The notes beneath the pieces are model-generated. The model ran no database searches and was not told the origin of the DNA. It saw only the letters and a program-made list of their open reading frames with translations. Shown here piece after piece: positions 12,235 through 23,710 of a DNA stretch of 64,000 bases. Every line of letters starts with the position of its first letter. Positions within the stretch are counted from its first letter, which is position 1. Both the position numbers and the translations under genes were made by a program. The DNA is from Vicugna vicugna (lineage: Eukaryota), in NCBI GenBank assembly GCA_013265495.1, contig MU057887.1, positions 1,955,576 through 2,019,575 of the forward strand, read 5' to 3'.

Positions 12235-12838
12235 CTATTATAGAAAACGGTATGGCGGTTCCTCAAAAAAATAAAAAATACTATTATTAAGTGATCCAGC
12301 CACCCCACTTCAGGGTGGTCACCCAGGATAACTGAAAGCAGGGTCTCGAAGAGATATTTGCGCACCCACATTCCCAGCAGCATTGTTTACAGCAGCGTTG
12401 TTTACAACAGCCGAGAGGCAGAAACAACCCAGGTGTCCGTCAGTGGGTGAACGGATCAACCGAGTGCGATACACACACATCCAGTGGCCGTTTATTTAGC
12501 CTTAAAAGGAGAGAAATCCTGACATGCTGCAACACGGATGAAACCTGTGGACACTGTGCGCAGTGAAATAAGCCAGTCCCCAAAAGGCACGCGCTGTGGG
12601 ATTTCGCTTAAGGAGTCAGACTCACAGGGACAGAAAGTAGGATGGCGGGGGTCAGGGGCTGGGGTTGGAGGGACAGTCCGTTAGTGGGGACAGAGTGTCC
12701 GGCTGGGAAGGTGAAAAGCACCCTGGAGACGAGGGTGGGGATGGTTGCACACAACATGGACGTGCTCAGTGCCACCGAATTGGACACTTGAAAACGGTTA
12801 AGATGGTAAATTTCAGATTAAGTGCATTTTACAACAAC
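12235..12838 (+). mobile_element. L1MB-type 3' end (ORF2 C-terminus plus 3' UTR)
   Basis: gaagagatatttgcgcacccac...agtgaaataagccagtc...aaaacggttaagatggtaaattt. Confidence 0.85.
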
Positions 12839-12939
12839 GAGATGCCTCCTAGTGCTTCTGACGTGGTCCTGGTGGAGACAGTCCGCGAGCGGCTCTGCTG
12901 GACCAGTTTGAGCCAGTTTGCTCTCTCCTCGAGGAAGGA

Positions 12940-13030
12940 AGGTCTGATTGGTCTGGATCCGGTGCGTTCCTGTCAGAGCCCCGCCCCAGCTGTTTAAAGA
13001 CATGTCTTCTTCCGCTCCTCCTCCGCCTCC
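12940..13030 (+). promoter_or_regulatory. Candidate core promoter (reverse CCAAT box, GC box, TATA-like element)
   Basis: ctgattggtc 12944-12953, gccccgcccc 12978-12987, tttaaa 12993-12998. Confidence 0.35.
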
Positions 13031-13211
13031 TCTTTTTTTCTCCCCCCTCCCCTCCTTTTTGGTGCAAACTAGCTCGGTTTTGTTGCTCTCACTTGGAACC
13101 CAAAGGCCCTCACTGTTCTCACCTTCTAGAGGGGACCCCCCCCCCTGCCAAGGGGTGGGTTGTGCATTGGCCTCAGAGTGATTCCTGCACTGCAGAGGGT
13201 CACAGCTCATC

Positions 13212-13245
13212 GTGTGTGTGTGTGTGTGTGTTTGTGTGTGTGTGT
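13212..13245. repeat. (GT)n microsatellite with one interruption
   Basis: Direct read. Confidence 0.95.
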
Positions 13246-14624
13246 CTGGGGCCTGTGTGATGCACGGTGAACACCCACCCACGAGCCTCTCAGAGCTGGG
13301 GCGCTGGGACTGCCGGCTGGTGCGGCCCCGACCCCCTTGCGCCGCACCTGCCCAGCCCAGGAGAGGTGCCGTCCCCGGGAGCTCGCCCAGCAGGGCCTCC
13401 CGCTCTCCGTCTCTGACTCACACGCCTTGGTCTTCCTCCGTCCATCCGTCTCCTGTCCCCTCTTCCTCCCACCCACCCCCCTCCTCTTCCCCAGACCACA
13501 GGGTCCTGAGCAGACTGGCGAGGATGCTCTCAGGACAGTGGCTGCCCCGATGGTGCTGGTGGCCCGCTCCCCGACTCTGGCAGCACTCAGGGGGGCAAGG
13601 GGAGTGTTGGACGTGCAGGGACGGCGCAGCTGAGGTGACAGGTCCCCCCGGGCCCCATCCACGCCCCCACAGCATGCAGACGCCTGTTACTTTCCTAAAC
13701 TTCAGTGTTGAAAATCCCTCCCTTCCAAGCAACTAAATAAGCGCTGCCTTGCCTGGCTGGTCGGCTAATCCACGTCAAAGCAGCAGAAGCGGTTAACGGA
13801 CCGGCTTAAAAGAGGAGAAATCCCCAGAGGGAGGTACGGTCACCTTTCTTCCCCGGAGCCCACGCACAGTCTGTGAATGAGCACTTTTCCGAGGTAAGAG
13901 ATGAAAACGCACACTGCAAACTGAGGCAAAGTTGCTTTTATACCCTTTTTGGATTCGAGGCATCGAATTATTTGATGATTGAGAAATCTCCAGCAGCAAC
14001 AGCAGCAGACAGAGCAACACGGTTAGTCCTTCATCCCAGCCCCACGCCTGGCCCCCGCGGGTCCCCGCTCAGGACTGTGCGAGAGCGGCTGCGGCGCAGA
14101 GGCCGCACGGGGTGATGCGGATGCTGGGTGAGGGCAGGCTGCCCGGTGGGGACAGTGCGGAGTCCTGGCCGGGAGACCAGGTGCGGAGGGGGGCTGGGCT
14201 GGTGGGGCCTGGATCCCCAGGGGCAGTGACGTCTGGGGGCCTGTGTGCGAGCTGGGAGGGTGCACGGCGGGCAAGGAAACCCAGAGACAGCGGTCAGGGC
14301 TGGGGAAGGCCGCGGGAGCTTGGTGTGGCGGCTGTGGCTGGGGACTCTGGGGCCCGGTCGGCTGTGACAGCCTCTGCGGCTGAGCTGTGGGGCCCGGTGG
14401 CTTACATGGCCCCTGCGCTCTGACCCCTCACATGTAAACAGCTGTTCTCGCTTCATGCGGTTTCATGAGACTCCAAGGAGGGCGCCCCAGGGGTCACTAG
14501 GGTCACTCTGCCTTGTCTCTCGGGAGAGGAGGACTCAGCTGGGGGCCATGGGACCTCAGCACCGACAGGAGGGCCAGGGTTCCACTGACTGAGTTCCACC
14601 AGCAGAGGAGACCCTGTGGGATGG

Positions 14625-15065
14625 GAGCCGGGTTCTCCCGGGAACCAGTGCCAACAGGAGGCTATGTATATACACGTGGGGGGCGGGGAGAAAGAGAGAC
14701 GAGAGAAAGAGGGACAGAGATTCATTTTAAGGCACCAGCTCGTGTGACTGTGGATTTGCGGACCCGCAGGGCTGGCTGGTGGCTGGCGACCCAAGAAGGG
14801 CTGAGGTTGCAGTGTCTCGGGTCCCAAGGCTCTGCTGGCAGCATTCCCTCTTCCTCACGCTTTTCTCTCTTAAAGCCTTCAACTGATTGGACGAGGCCCA
14901 CCCACACGTGGAGAGTCACCTCCTGCTTGGCTCCAGTCCAAGTCGGCTGGCTGTGGCTGTTCACCACATCTCCCAAAACACCTTCACAGCCACATCCAGG
15001 CTGGCATCTGATCACATGTCTGGGCGCCTTGGCCTGGCCAACTGGATGGGTAAAATGGACTAACC
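14625..15065 (-). mobile_element. MLT2 (ERVL) LTR
   Basis: gagattcattttaagg, ccttcaactgattggacgaggcccacccacac, aaaacaccttcacagccacatccag. Confidence 0.8.
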
Positions 15066-16218
15066 TGGAAGGTGAGTGGCAAGGCTGGCCAGGAGGGGAC
15101 AGAGCCGGGGACAAGGCAGTGGAGTGAGAGCTCTGGCTCTGTCCTGGTGGAGAAGCGGGAAGCCGCGGCCCGAGGCCGAGGAGAGGGCTGCAGTGGCAGG
15201 CGTTGGTGACACTCTCCAAGGACAAGGGGGCGGGGGGCAGGACAGGAGTTGGGTGCCCAGGCTGGCGTCCTGGTCAGGGTGAGGCCAGGTGCTGGGCTGG
15301 TGGGCTTGGGGAGCGGGTGGGTGTAGAGGGGCCGAGAGCAGACCCAGGTCCTTGGGCCCCGAGCCCCGTCTCCTGCCTGGGGCACGCCCCGCCCTCTCCT
15401 CGCAGCGGCGGGCTGTGACCACCTTGCTCCTCCCCAGCCACCCGCCAGCTCGTAGGCTCAGCCCCCGAGGGCTCTGGTACACAGGGGCTTAGGGACCACT
15501 CGTAACTGGATGAGTCAGTAACTGAGCCCCCCGGCCCCCTGCTCCTGGACCCCTTTCCGCGGGCGGGGCCCCGAGGGGCTCGTGGTCTGCGGGCCAAGCA
15601 TCCCGGTGAAGACAGTCGGTGAAGACAGCCGACTGGTCCTCGGGGACGTTGCATCCTTGAGGCACCGACGTTTACTTGATAACCTGCCCGAGTTGCTTTC
15701 CAGAGTCGTGAGGCTGCAGGAAAGGAACAGCCCTGATGATTAATCTGAACGCTGTCCTCCGATTACTCCCTTAAAATAGGATCCCAGACTCGTGTGAACA
15801 GGACTGTGTTTTTTCTTAGGGGATCGAGTTGGGATTTGGACGGTGCCGCGTGTGACCAGGAGCCCAGGCGTGCCTACCCCCGTCCTGCCCGTCCTCAGCG
15901 CCGAGAGCTCAGCAGCGCCAGCCAAACAGGGAGTGTGACGAGGGTGTCCGCGCCCTGGTGCCCCAGGCTCCCTGGCTGGTCAGGGCGTGGAGGTGAAGCC
16001 CGAGACCCAGACGGGACCCTGTGCCCTCCTACCCAGGGCTCCTCTCGGGTTGCTGGATGGTGGTGACCCTGGGCAGCGGCCTGCCTGTGGGGAATGTGGC
16101 TGTGGTGGCCGCTGTGCTGGGCTGGGCCCGCGGCACAGCGCCCTGTGGGACAGAGGAGGGGGTGGGGAGAAGGGATGGCAGCCTGGCCCTCGGGGCCAGC
16201 TCGGGTTAGCTCCTTCCT

Positions 16219-16312
16219 GCTGCCTGGACAGGAGGGGCCAGGCTGCCTGGACGGGAGGGACCAGGCTTCCTGGACAGAGGGGCCAGGCTGCCTGGACGGG
16301 AGGGGACCAGGC
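16219..16312. repeat. Minisatellite, ~23-bp unit x4 (gctgcctggacgggaggggccag)
   Basis: Direct read. Confidence 0.85.
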
Positions 16313-18472
16313 GGCAGAGCAGGGATTAGAAGCCGAGACCCCACCCGTTAGCAATCCATGGGAACCGGCCCGTTGGGGCTGGGCTCAGCGGGCAGGTCCT
16401 TCTGGCCCCCCGGGGCTCCCTGACGTGTGTGCGGGCAGCCTCAGGCCAGCGAGGTGGCTCTTCTCCCGGGGTCAGCAGGCGGTCCACTGGAGCAGTGGGT
16501 GGTGGCCCACGTATGTCTCCTGGGCCAGCAGGTGGCCCCGCTGTGCACTGGCCACTGGTAGGTTTCCCAGAGGACGTGTGACCGCTTGAGACCTGGGCTG
16601 GGATAGGTGCACTGTCCGTCCCTTCCAGCATTTTCTATGCGTCCGGCCCAGACCGGTGCATGGAGAAAGACCGCTTCCTGGCGAGAGGAGATGAAGGTCC
16701 CCCTCAGAGAAGCACGGGTACTAGGAGGGAATCAGGGCCCTGCTGTTGGAGAAGATCCAGCCGGGGCCAGTCCTGCCCGGATTTGGCCAGTCAGACGAGC
16801 AGCTTGGCCCTTTTCATGGCAGGAGAGAGAATGAGGGGGAGGCAGTTCCTGGAAGACAGCGGAGGGCGCTGTGTCTCGCCTCCCTCCTCCTAGGACCCCC
16901 TGGGCATCCTTCCCAAGTGGGAAGGGAAAATGGGCCAAACTTTCTATGCTCGCTGCCCAATCCCCCCCTTCCGGAGCCCGTCTGTCCACAGGCACCGCTG
17001 AGAAGTCTCTTTCCTGTAGTCAGTTCTGTTCTAAAATATATCGAATCACTTAGAAACCAAGCTGGAAGCATGTCCAACCTGCGGGGACCCAGCACCCGGG
17101 AGTAAGGCTCTTAAATCAATTGGAAATCACTTCCACGTAATGCGAATGGACACGGTCAGGGAGTAGAAATCCCTGCCAAACTGCTACTCTGAACAGGATG
17201 AAAAATTAGATTAATCTGAAAAAAGCCGTCAGCAGGCGCCCGCGTCCCGTCAGAGATCTCCGGGAGGACTGGGGAGTCGCGGCGTGCTCCCGAGGAGGGC
17301 CCGGCGCGGGCTCCCGGCTGGGCTGCCGCTCAGAGCTGCGAGGCCTCGGCTTCACCTGCCTGAACCTCCGTGTTCTCGGGGCCGATGCAGGGATGCTGGG
17401 GCCCGCCTGGCTGGGCTGCTCAGAGCATCGCTGATAACCTGTGTGAAGCCTTTCACGTCGAGGAGGGGTCGATAGTTGGCAGCCGTGGGCACCTGCTTCC
17501 TGGGAAAGCTCCGATATTTGGGGAGCTGTCGGGGCTCGTCGGCTGTGGAGGGCAGGGCGTCTCCGGGGTGTTGCACGCTGGGACTCGTGTAACTCGCCGT
17601 GCTGTGCAGACGCCAGCGAAGCACAAACACATTCTGGTGCCCTGCTTCTCTTCCCTTAATGTGGCACGCATTTTTCACGTGGGCAGAGCCTGCAGCATCG
17701 AAATGCATAAAAGTTGTGAACAGCGAGGCTGCACGCGCCGGGTAACTTTCTGGGTATTTCGCTAGCTTCTACTGTTGTTAGAGGACATGTTATGATGGCG
17801 GGATGGAGCCTCCCCTCTCCCCCGACTCTGGATGGTGATGATTTTTTTGTCCAATTCACAGAAGGGGTGTGAGAGCTCCAACTGCTTCTCGAGCTGTCTA
17901 TCCAACTTGCTGCTCCTCAGTCTGTACCAGTTTATACCGACACCAAGGACGTATGACTGCATCGATTTTACTGATGCTCTGGCCAGGATTAAGACTCATT
18001 TCTCAGTATTTTTAAAGTGGATATAAAATACGACCCTATTATTCTTTTTGAAAGGGTGGCGGTTTTGTGACGTGTCCCCTTGGCTGGGTGAAAGACGCCT
18101 CCCCGAATTCCCCTCCCGGGGGCTTTGGGCAGAGCGTGGCAGGAGGGGTCTCACGTGAGCAGTGGACGGAAACGTGGAGGCTGGACCTGGTGGCTTCCAT
18201 GTGTCGCCCTTTATCCGCTGGCCTGACTCTGTTCCTCCAGCTGCTCTGGCTTCAGGTGTGCACATTCAAGTCCATGATGGAGGGCCTGATCCTGAGGACA
18301 CCCACACTGCCAAGGTCAGAGGCAACAGGGGGACGTGGTATCTGTCCACCCCCAGACTCCCACACCCACAGTCTTCTTCCCTCCCCACCTCCCGTCTTGG
18401 GGATGTTAGGCTCCCTTGAGAGACCCCTTAACCAGCTCCCACCTTTGTGTGAGGTCAAATCCCTGTAAAAAA

Positions 18473-18710
18473 ATCCATCTCTATCTCCCCCTCCTCCTCC
18501 ATCTCCACCACCATCCCATCTTCATCATCATCTCCAACTCCACCTCCATCTCAATCACCATCTCCATCACCATGTCCGTCTCCTTCTCCATCTTCATCAC
18601 CATCTCCTTCTCTATCTCCTTCTCATTCTCCATCACCATCCCCTTCTCCATTACCATCTTCATCACCATCTCCATCTCCATCACCATCTCAGTCTCCATC
18701 TCCATATCTG
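18473..18710. repeat. Low-complexity (CCATCT/CCATCA)n hexamer repeat
   Basis: Direct read. Confidence 0.9.
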
Positions 18711-19061
18711 TACTTAATGGTTCTCCTTCTCTGATTGGACCTTGACTGATACAAACTGCATCCTTGTTGCGATTAGCAGTACGTGGGGAAGCAAACAGTG
18801 CAGGCAGAGTAGGGTGACCCTCCTGGCCAGCCTGTGCCCAGTTCTCCTCTCCAGATGTAACTTCACTTGCTGTTTCTTGTGAACCTTGGAAAGTAAGTCC
18901 ATGCACAGACACGCTTATGTACCTGTGGTTATTTTACTTTTTACACAACTGTACACTTTTTGCACAAATGGCAGCACGTTGCATCTGCTGTTTTTGCTTT
19001 ATTCACCTGACAATATGTCTTGGAGATGGAACCACGTTGTCATGTAAAACTGCCTCATTGA

Positions 19062-19822
19062 ATTTTTTCTAAATTGAAGTATAGTCAATTTACAATTTTG
19101 TGTTCGTCTCTGGTGTGCAGCATGGTTATTCAGTTATCCACACACACGTGTATTATTTTTCATCATAGTTTACTGCAGGATATTGAATCCAGTTCCCTGT
19201 ACTGCACATAGGTCCTTGTTGTTTATCTATTTTATACACAGTAGTGTGTGTCTTCTAATCCCAAATTACAATTTACCGCTCCTCCCCTCTGCCCCCTCAC
19301 CAGTAACCGTAAGTTTGTTTTCTGTCTGTGAATCTGTTTCTGTTTTGTAAATAAATTCACTTCTGTCATTTTTTTAGATTCCACATATAAGTGATGTCAT
19401 ATGATGTTGGTTTTTCTTTATCTGACTTACTTCACTTAGTATAATGATCTCCAGGTCCGTCCATGTTGCTGCAAATGGCATTATTTCACTCCTTTCTACG
19501 GCAGAGTAGTATCCATTGTGTGTGTGTGTGTATGTGTGTCGCATCTTCTTTATCCAGTCATCTGTCAGTAGACATTCAGGCTGCTTCCATGTCCTGGCTG
19601 TTGTAAACAGTGCTGCTCTGAATATTGGGGTGCACATATCTTTTGAATTAGCGTTCCCTCCAGACATATGCCCAGGAGTGGGACTGCTGGATCATACAGT
19701 AGGTCTGTTTTTAGCTTTTTAAGGAACCTCTATAATGCTCTCCATGGTGGCTGCGCCAGATTACAGTCCCACCAGCAGTGCGGGGCGGGGGGCCCTTCTC
19801 CTCACACGCTCTCCAGCATTTT
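19062..19822 (-). mobile_element. Artiodactyl-type L1 3' end (~760 bp) inserted in an older L1 remnant (~18900-20050)
   Basis: ORF 19374-19667(-) reads CTPIFRAALFTTARTWKQPEC...WIKKM, the L1 ORF2 C-terminus. Confidence 0.9.
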
Positions 19823-20559
19823 GCCTTGTTGCTTTGAATGGACGCCCAATATCCTGTTACATGAATGCATAGCAACTGGTTTTGCCAGTCATGGACTAAT
19901 GGGCTTTCATGGTGTTTCTAATCTTTTGATGTTACTAACAGTGCTGTGAATAACATCTTGGCAGACGTGCCATTTTGCAGATGTGCTAAAATACCAGTAG
20001 GATAAATTCCTGGAGGTGTAATTACTGGGTCTAAGGGCAAATTTGATGGGTGTCGTTAATCAGAGAGGCTGAACCAATCAGCCCACTCTTCTGGGTCATC
20101 TGTTGTTCCTTCTCATTCCTTCTCCTCTTTTGTGCCCCCCACCCCCATGTTGCAAGGGTCACAGCCTGGAAACGACTTTCCCCAAACCTTTTGACAGCAG
20201 AGATCTTGTTCAGTGCCTGTCAGCGAGGGCACTGGTGTGAACTGCAGAAGCCCAACAGAAGGAGAAGTTGGCGTGGGCGAGGGTGGGAGGTGGGGGTTTC
20301 AATAAGACCTGGTTTGCGTTTGCCAGTGGTTCTCAGGTGTGGTTCCCTGCGAACCCCACAAGTGCACAGCTAGGGTCTGCAGTGGGCTCCCTGCAGCTTC
20401 TGCTCTCCTGAGATTCCCGGACACTCCAGAAGCTTCCCTGCCCTTTACTCTTTCTGACAGTTCTGTGAGCCTGTAAGTGCCTGCGTGAAGTCTGCTCCTG
20501 ACTGACGTACCTGGAGTGTGTTCCGTTTCCAGGCTCACCGCTGGCTGGTACACAGTAGA

Positions 20560-22730
20560 ATTTGTAACAGTGCCTGTGGCTCTGTCTTCTAACCACCAAG
20601 CACTTGCCAGCGTTTCGTCGGCGTTTGATGAGATCAAACGGAAACTGACGGTGTCAAACTGAAAATGCCGCCTCCTGCAGTTTTAATTTCGGAAGTGCGC
20701 GTGTGAGGCCGGACAGTCTTCGTGTGCTTAATGCTGTTTGTCCTTCCTTTTCCGTAAACTGGGCTCATGGCCTCGGTTTGCTTTTCTCTTGTCCTATTAG
20801 TTTTCTTACCGATCTGAAGAACTCTTTTTTTTTGGATGAAGAAGAAATAACACTTTGTGACATAAATTCCGAGCCCTTTCCCCGGTTTGTAGTTTGTCTT
20901 TTGATTTGGCTTATAGATTTCTTGACGTGAAGGTTAAAATAATTCTTTTGCCATCAAACTCGTTTTCTTCTTTGGACTCCAGGTTTTGTGCTGCCTGCGT
21001 GTGGCCGAGGCAGGACCACCCATGATTCCGTGTGCTTCCCGACGACCCTCTGCTCCCCTGAAGCTCCACCGCGAGCTCCTGCGGTTCTGCGCATCGTCCC
21101 ACCGTGATCTGTCCTGGCCCAAGACGTGAGCGCGAGCGTCTCCTCCTGAGGGCACCGCCGCTGCGTCGGGCCTCCTCCGGGCCCCCGCCCTGCGAGTGGC
21201 CCCACGTCCCGATGCGTTCATGTCCCTGATTGCAGGCTGCTCTGTGGACTGCAGTCTCTGCCATTCCAAAGTGCCTTTTTGGTTTGGCATAATCCCTCTC
21301 GTCCCCTCTCCGACATCGGTTGCCAGCCTGCATTTTTTTATGCGTTTTTCTTGGACGCATCGCTCTTTAACCCGAGTCGCGTTGTTTTCCAATCATCTCA
21401 GGACGGAGCCTGTGTTTTCCTTCCTGGCCCAGTTTTACCCTCTTTCTGAGGCGCCCTCTGTTGTCGTCAGAGTTTCTGCTTTTGATCACGTCTGAAGAAT
21501 GTCCGTCACTGCAGGTCCTTGGTGTCCTTTCGCTGTGTCGTCTGTGTTTAGTGTGCAGGAGTTGGCCTAGTGGCCGCCTCGTGGTTCTGGCTTGGTTTGC
21601 TCCGCTCCGTCCTTTACTGACGACACACGATGGGAGACTACGGCACAAGCACGCCTCGGCTTCCCCTGCAGCGTTGCTTGGTTTCCCTTTTCCCTCTCAG
21701 CGTCTGCGGCCGTGCGTCCCCACATCCTTGCACACCTAGCAGCTGACTTACCAGACTGAAGCACATTTTGCCTCTGGTCATGACGCGAGAGGAAGTCCGT
21801 GTCCCTCTGGCACCCCTCGAACGACCTACCCTTTCTCTTCCAGCCTCTGAGAGTCTCAGGGTTTCTCAGCTGTGCTCATACTTAACACTTACAGCTTCTC
21901 TGGTAGCTAACACCCCGCAAGCGTTGTCGTCTCCCTCCTAGTCAGCCGCGCGCGTGTCTCACCGCCGTGCCTCCGCTCCGCTGCCGCCGCACGTCTCTCG
22001 CCCAGAGCTGCCTTCCGGTGGCTCCTGCAGGATGAGCTCGTTTTAAGGCTTTTCCTCTGGATGCTGAAATTTCAAACCTTCTTTGTCTTTTGTCTTTGTG
22101 CTTGGACGGCGGGTGGGCTGGCTGCGAAGCTCGTGGGCCCCCGTCTCCCCTTTGAGGACGCGGCGGGCTTCATCGTCCGATGCCCGCGCGGGTGTGTCAT
22201 GGGGACGGCTGAGGCCGGGCTACTGGCCTTCCCTTTCCGTGGCTTGGTTTTTCCCTCCGGCTGCTGAAGTAATGCTTTCCTCATCTGTAACCTCGAGCAA
22301 CCTTGCTAGCATCTTTTGCCAGTTTTTCCCCTGAGACATGCGCCTTTCCCTCTGTAGACTCCAGTCCTGTTTCCTGACGAGAGTTGTTCTTGAACGGTAT
22401 TAGACATTCTCCTGTTTGACTAACTTGCTCTCTCCTTCGGAGACGCCAGCCCTGTCTGTCCCCCTGTCGTCTCCCGCGTCTGTGGGCTTCCACCCCACTT
22501 GCTTGCCTTTCTCGGCCTGTTCCGTGTCTGTCGCCATGCTGTCCTCAGTGTGTGCATTTGTCTCCGCACCACGTTCAGCTGGGTTTGCGCTGCAGGAGTG
22601 GCTTTACGTATTCCTTGCGCTTTCTTCCTGTGGTGCTGCCGCTTTTCGTCCACCTCCTCTTGGTTTTCTCTCCATCCTTTACCTCTGCTTTGGGCTCTTG
22701 TACGTATAGAGCTGACTCCCCATTAAACTG
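20560..22730 (-). mobile_element. Old L1 remnant(s), strongly GC-shifted
   Basis: ttcccggtttgtagtttgtcttttgatttggcttatag and downstream antisense ORF2/ORF1-like tracts. Confidence 0.55.
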
Positions 22731-23334
22731 AACATGTCCCCTGACCGCGGCGAAGTGTCTGGTGTGTGTTACAGACCGGCGGAGAGTCTCCTGAGGGCTC
22801 AGGCTGCGTGGCTGCGGTTCTGCGTCTCCCTGGCCGCACTGGGGGCCACACTTATTTCACAGCAGAGCCCCTCCCCGGCCCAGCTCTTTACGAAACGGCT
22901 TCCTGCCAATGGAGCATCTCAGGGGGACGCCCGGTTCAGTCCCGTCTTTCTCTTCTGGGAACCTGCCAGCTTGGTGCAAGGATGCTCTGTCACAGGTCTG
23001 TGTCTGGGTCCCCTCGTCCAAAACTGGTGGAAAGTCCTCGCCGTGGTGTAGGCTTCCCCCTGACACCTGCCCCGACAGGCAGCCCTTCCTGGCCCCTTTC
23101 CCTGCGTCTGTGCGACCCACTGTGCGCGGCAGCCCCCCGGCACCGAGGTTCAGGCCTACACACACTTCTGTGTTTCATTTTCTTCTGTGCTTTGTGGTTA
23201 TGCCTAAAAAGAGGCAGGGGGAACCGCTGTCTTTCCCTTGCCATTCGAAAACCTGCTTTTATTTTTATTTAACTCTGCCTTGCATGGTTTGTTAGTGAAG
23301 CTGAATACTGATCATATATTCTCAATAAGGAATT

Positions 23335-23710
23335 TACAGAAATCAAGTAAAAAAGTTTCTTTTGTCTAGCACAGGGAACTAGGTTCAATATCTTGTAATT
23401 TTTTAATGGAAAAAATATGAAAACCAACCTATATATGTGTGCGCCTGGCTGGGACATCGTGCTGTGCATCAGATTCACACATCGCAGCTGACTGTACTTC
23501 AATTAAAATTTTTAAAAAATTAAAAAAAAGCGTAGTGAAGAAGAATCTGAAAAAGGATATGTGTATGTGTATGTGTATTTATGACTGAACTATTACGCAC
23601 ACCAGAAATCGACCCACCACGGCAAACTGGCTATACTGAAAAAAGAAAAAGAAAAAAAAATAGAAAGAAAGAAAACTAAACAAAAAAGAAAACTGAAAAA
23701 AAAAAAAGAG
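23335..23710 (+). mobile_element. Two tandem artiodactyl-type L1 3' tails, each ending in an A-rich tail
   Basis: tagcacagggaactaggttcaatatcttgtaa...tacttcaattaaaa, then gaatctgaaaaag...acaccagaaatcgac...(A-rich). Confidence 0.8.

Noticed and set aside
18416..18912. Ser/Ile- and Met/Glu-repeat ORFs
   Set aside because: Translation of the low-complexity hexamer repeat
20322..20420. cagtggttctca hAT-Charlie-type terminal repeat
   Set aside because: No matching second terminus or recognisable internal sequence found
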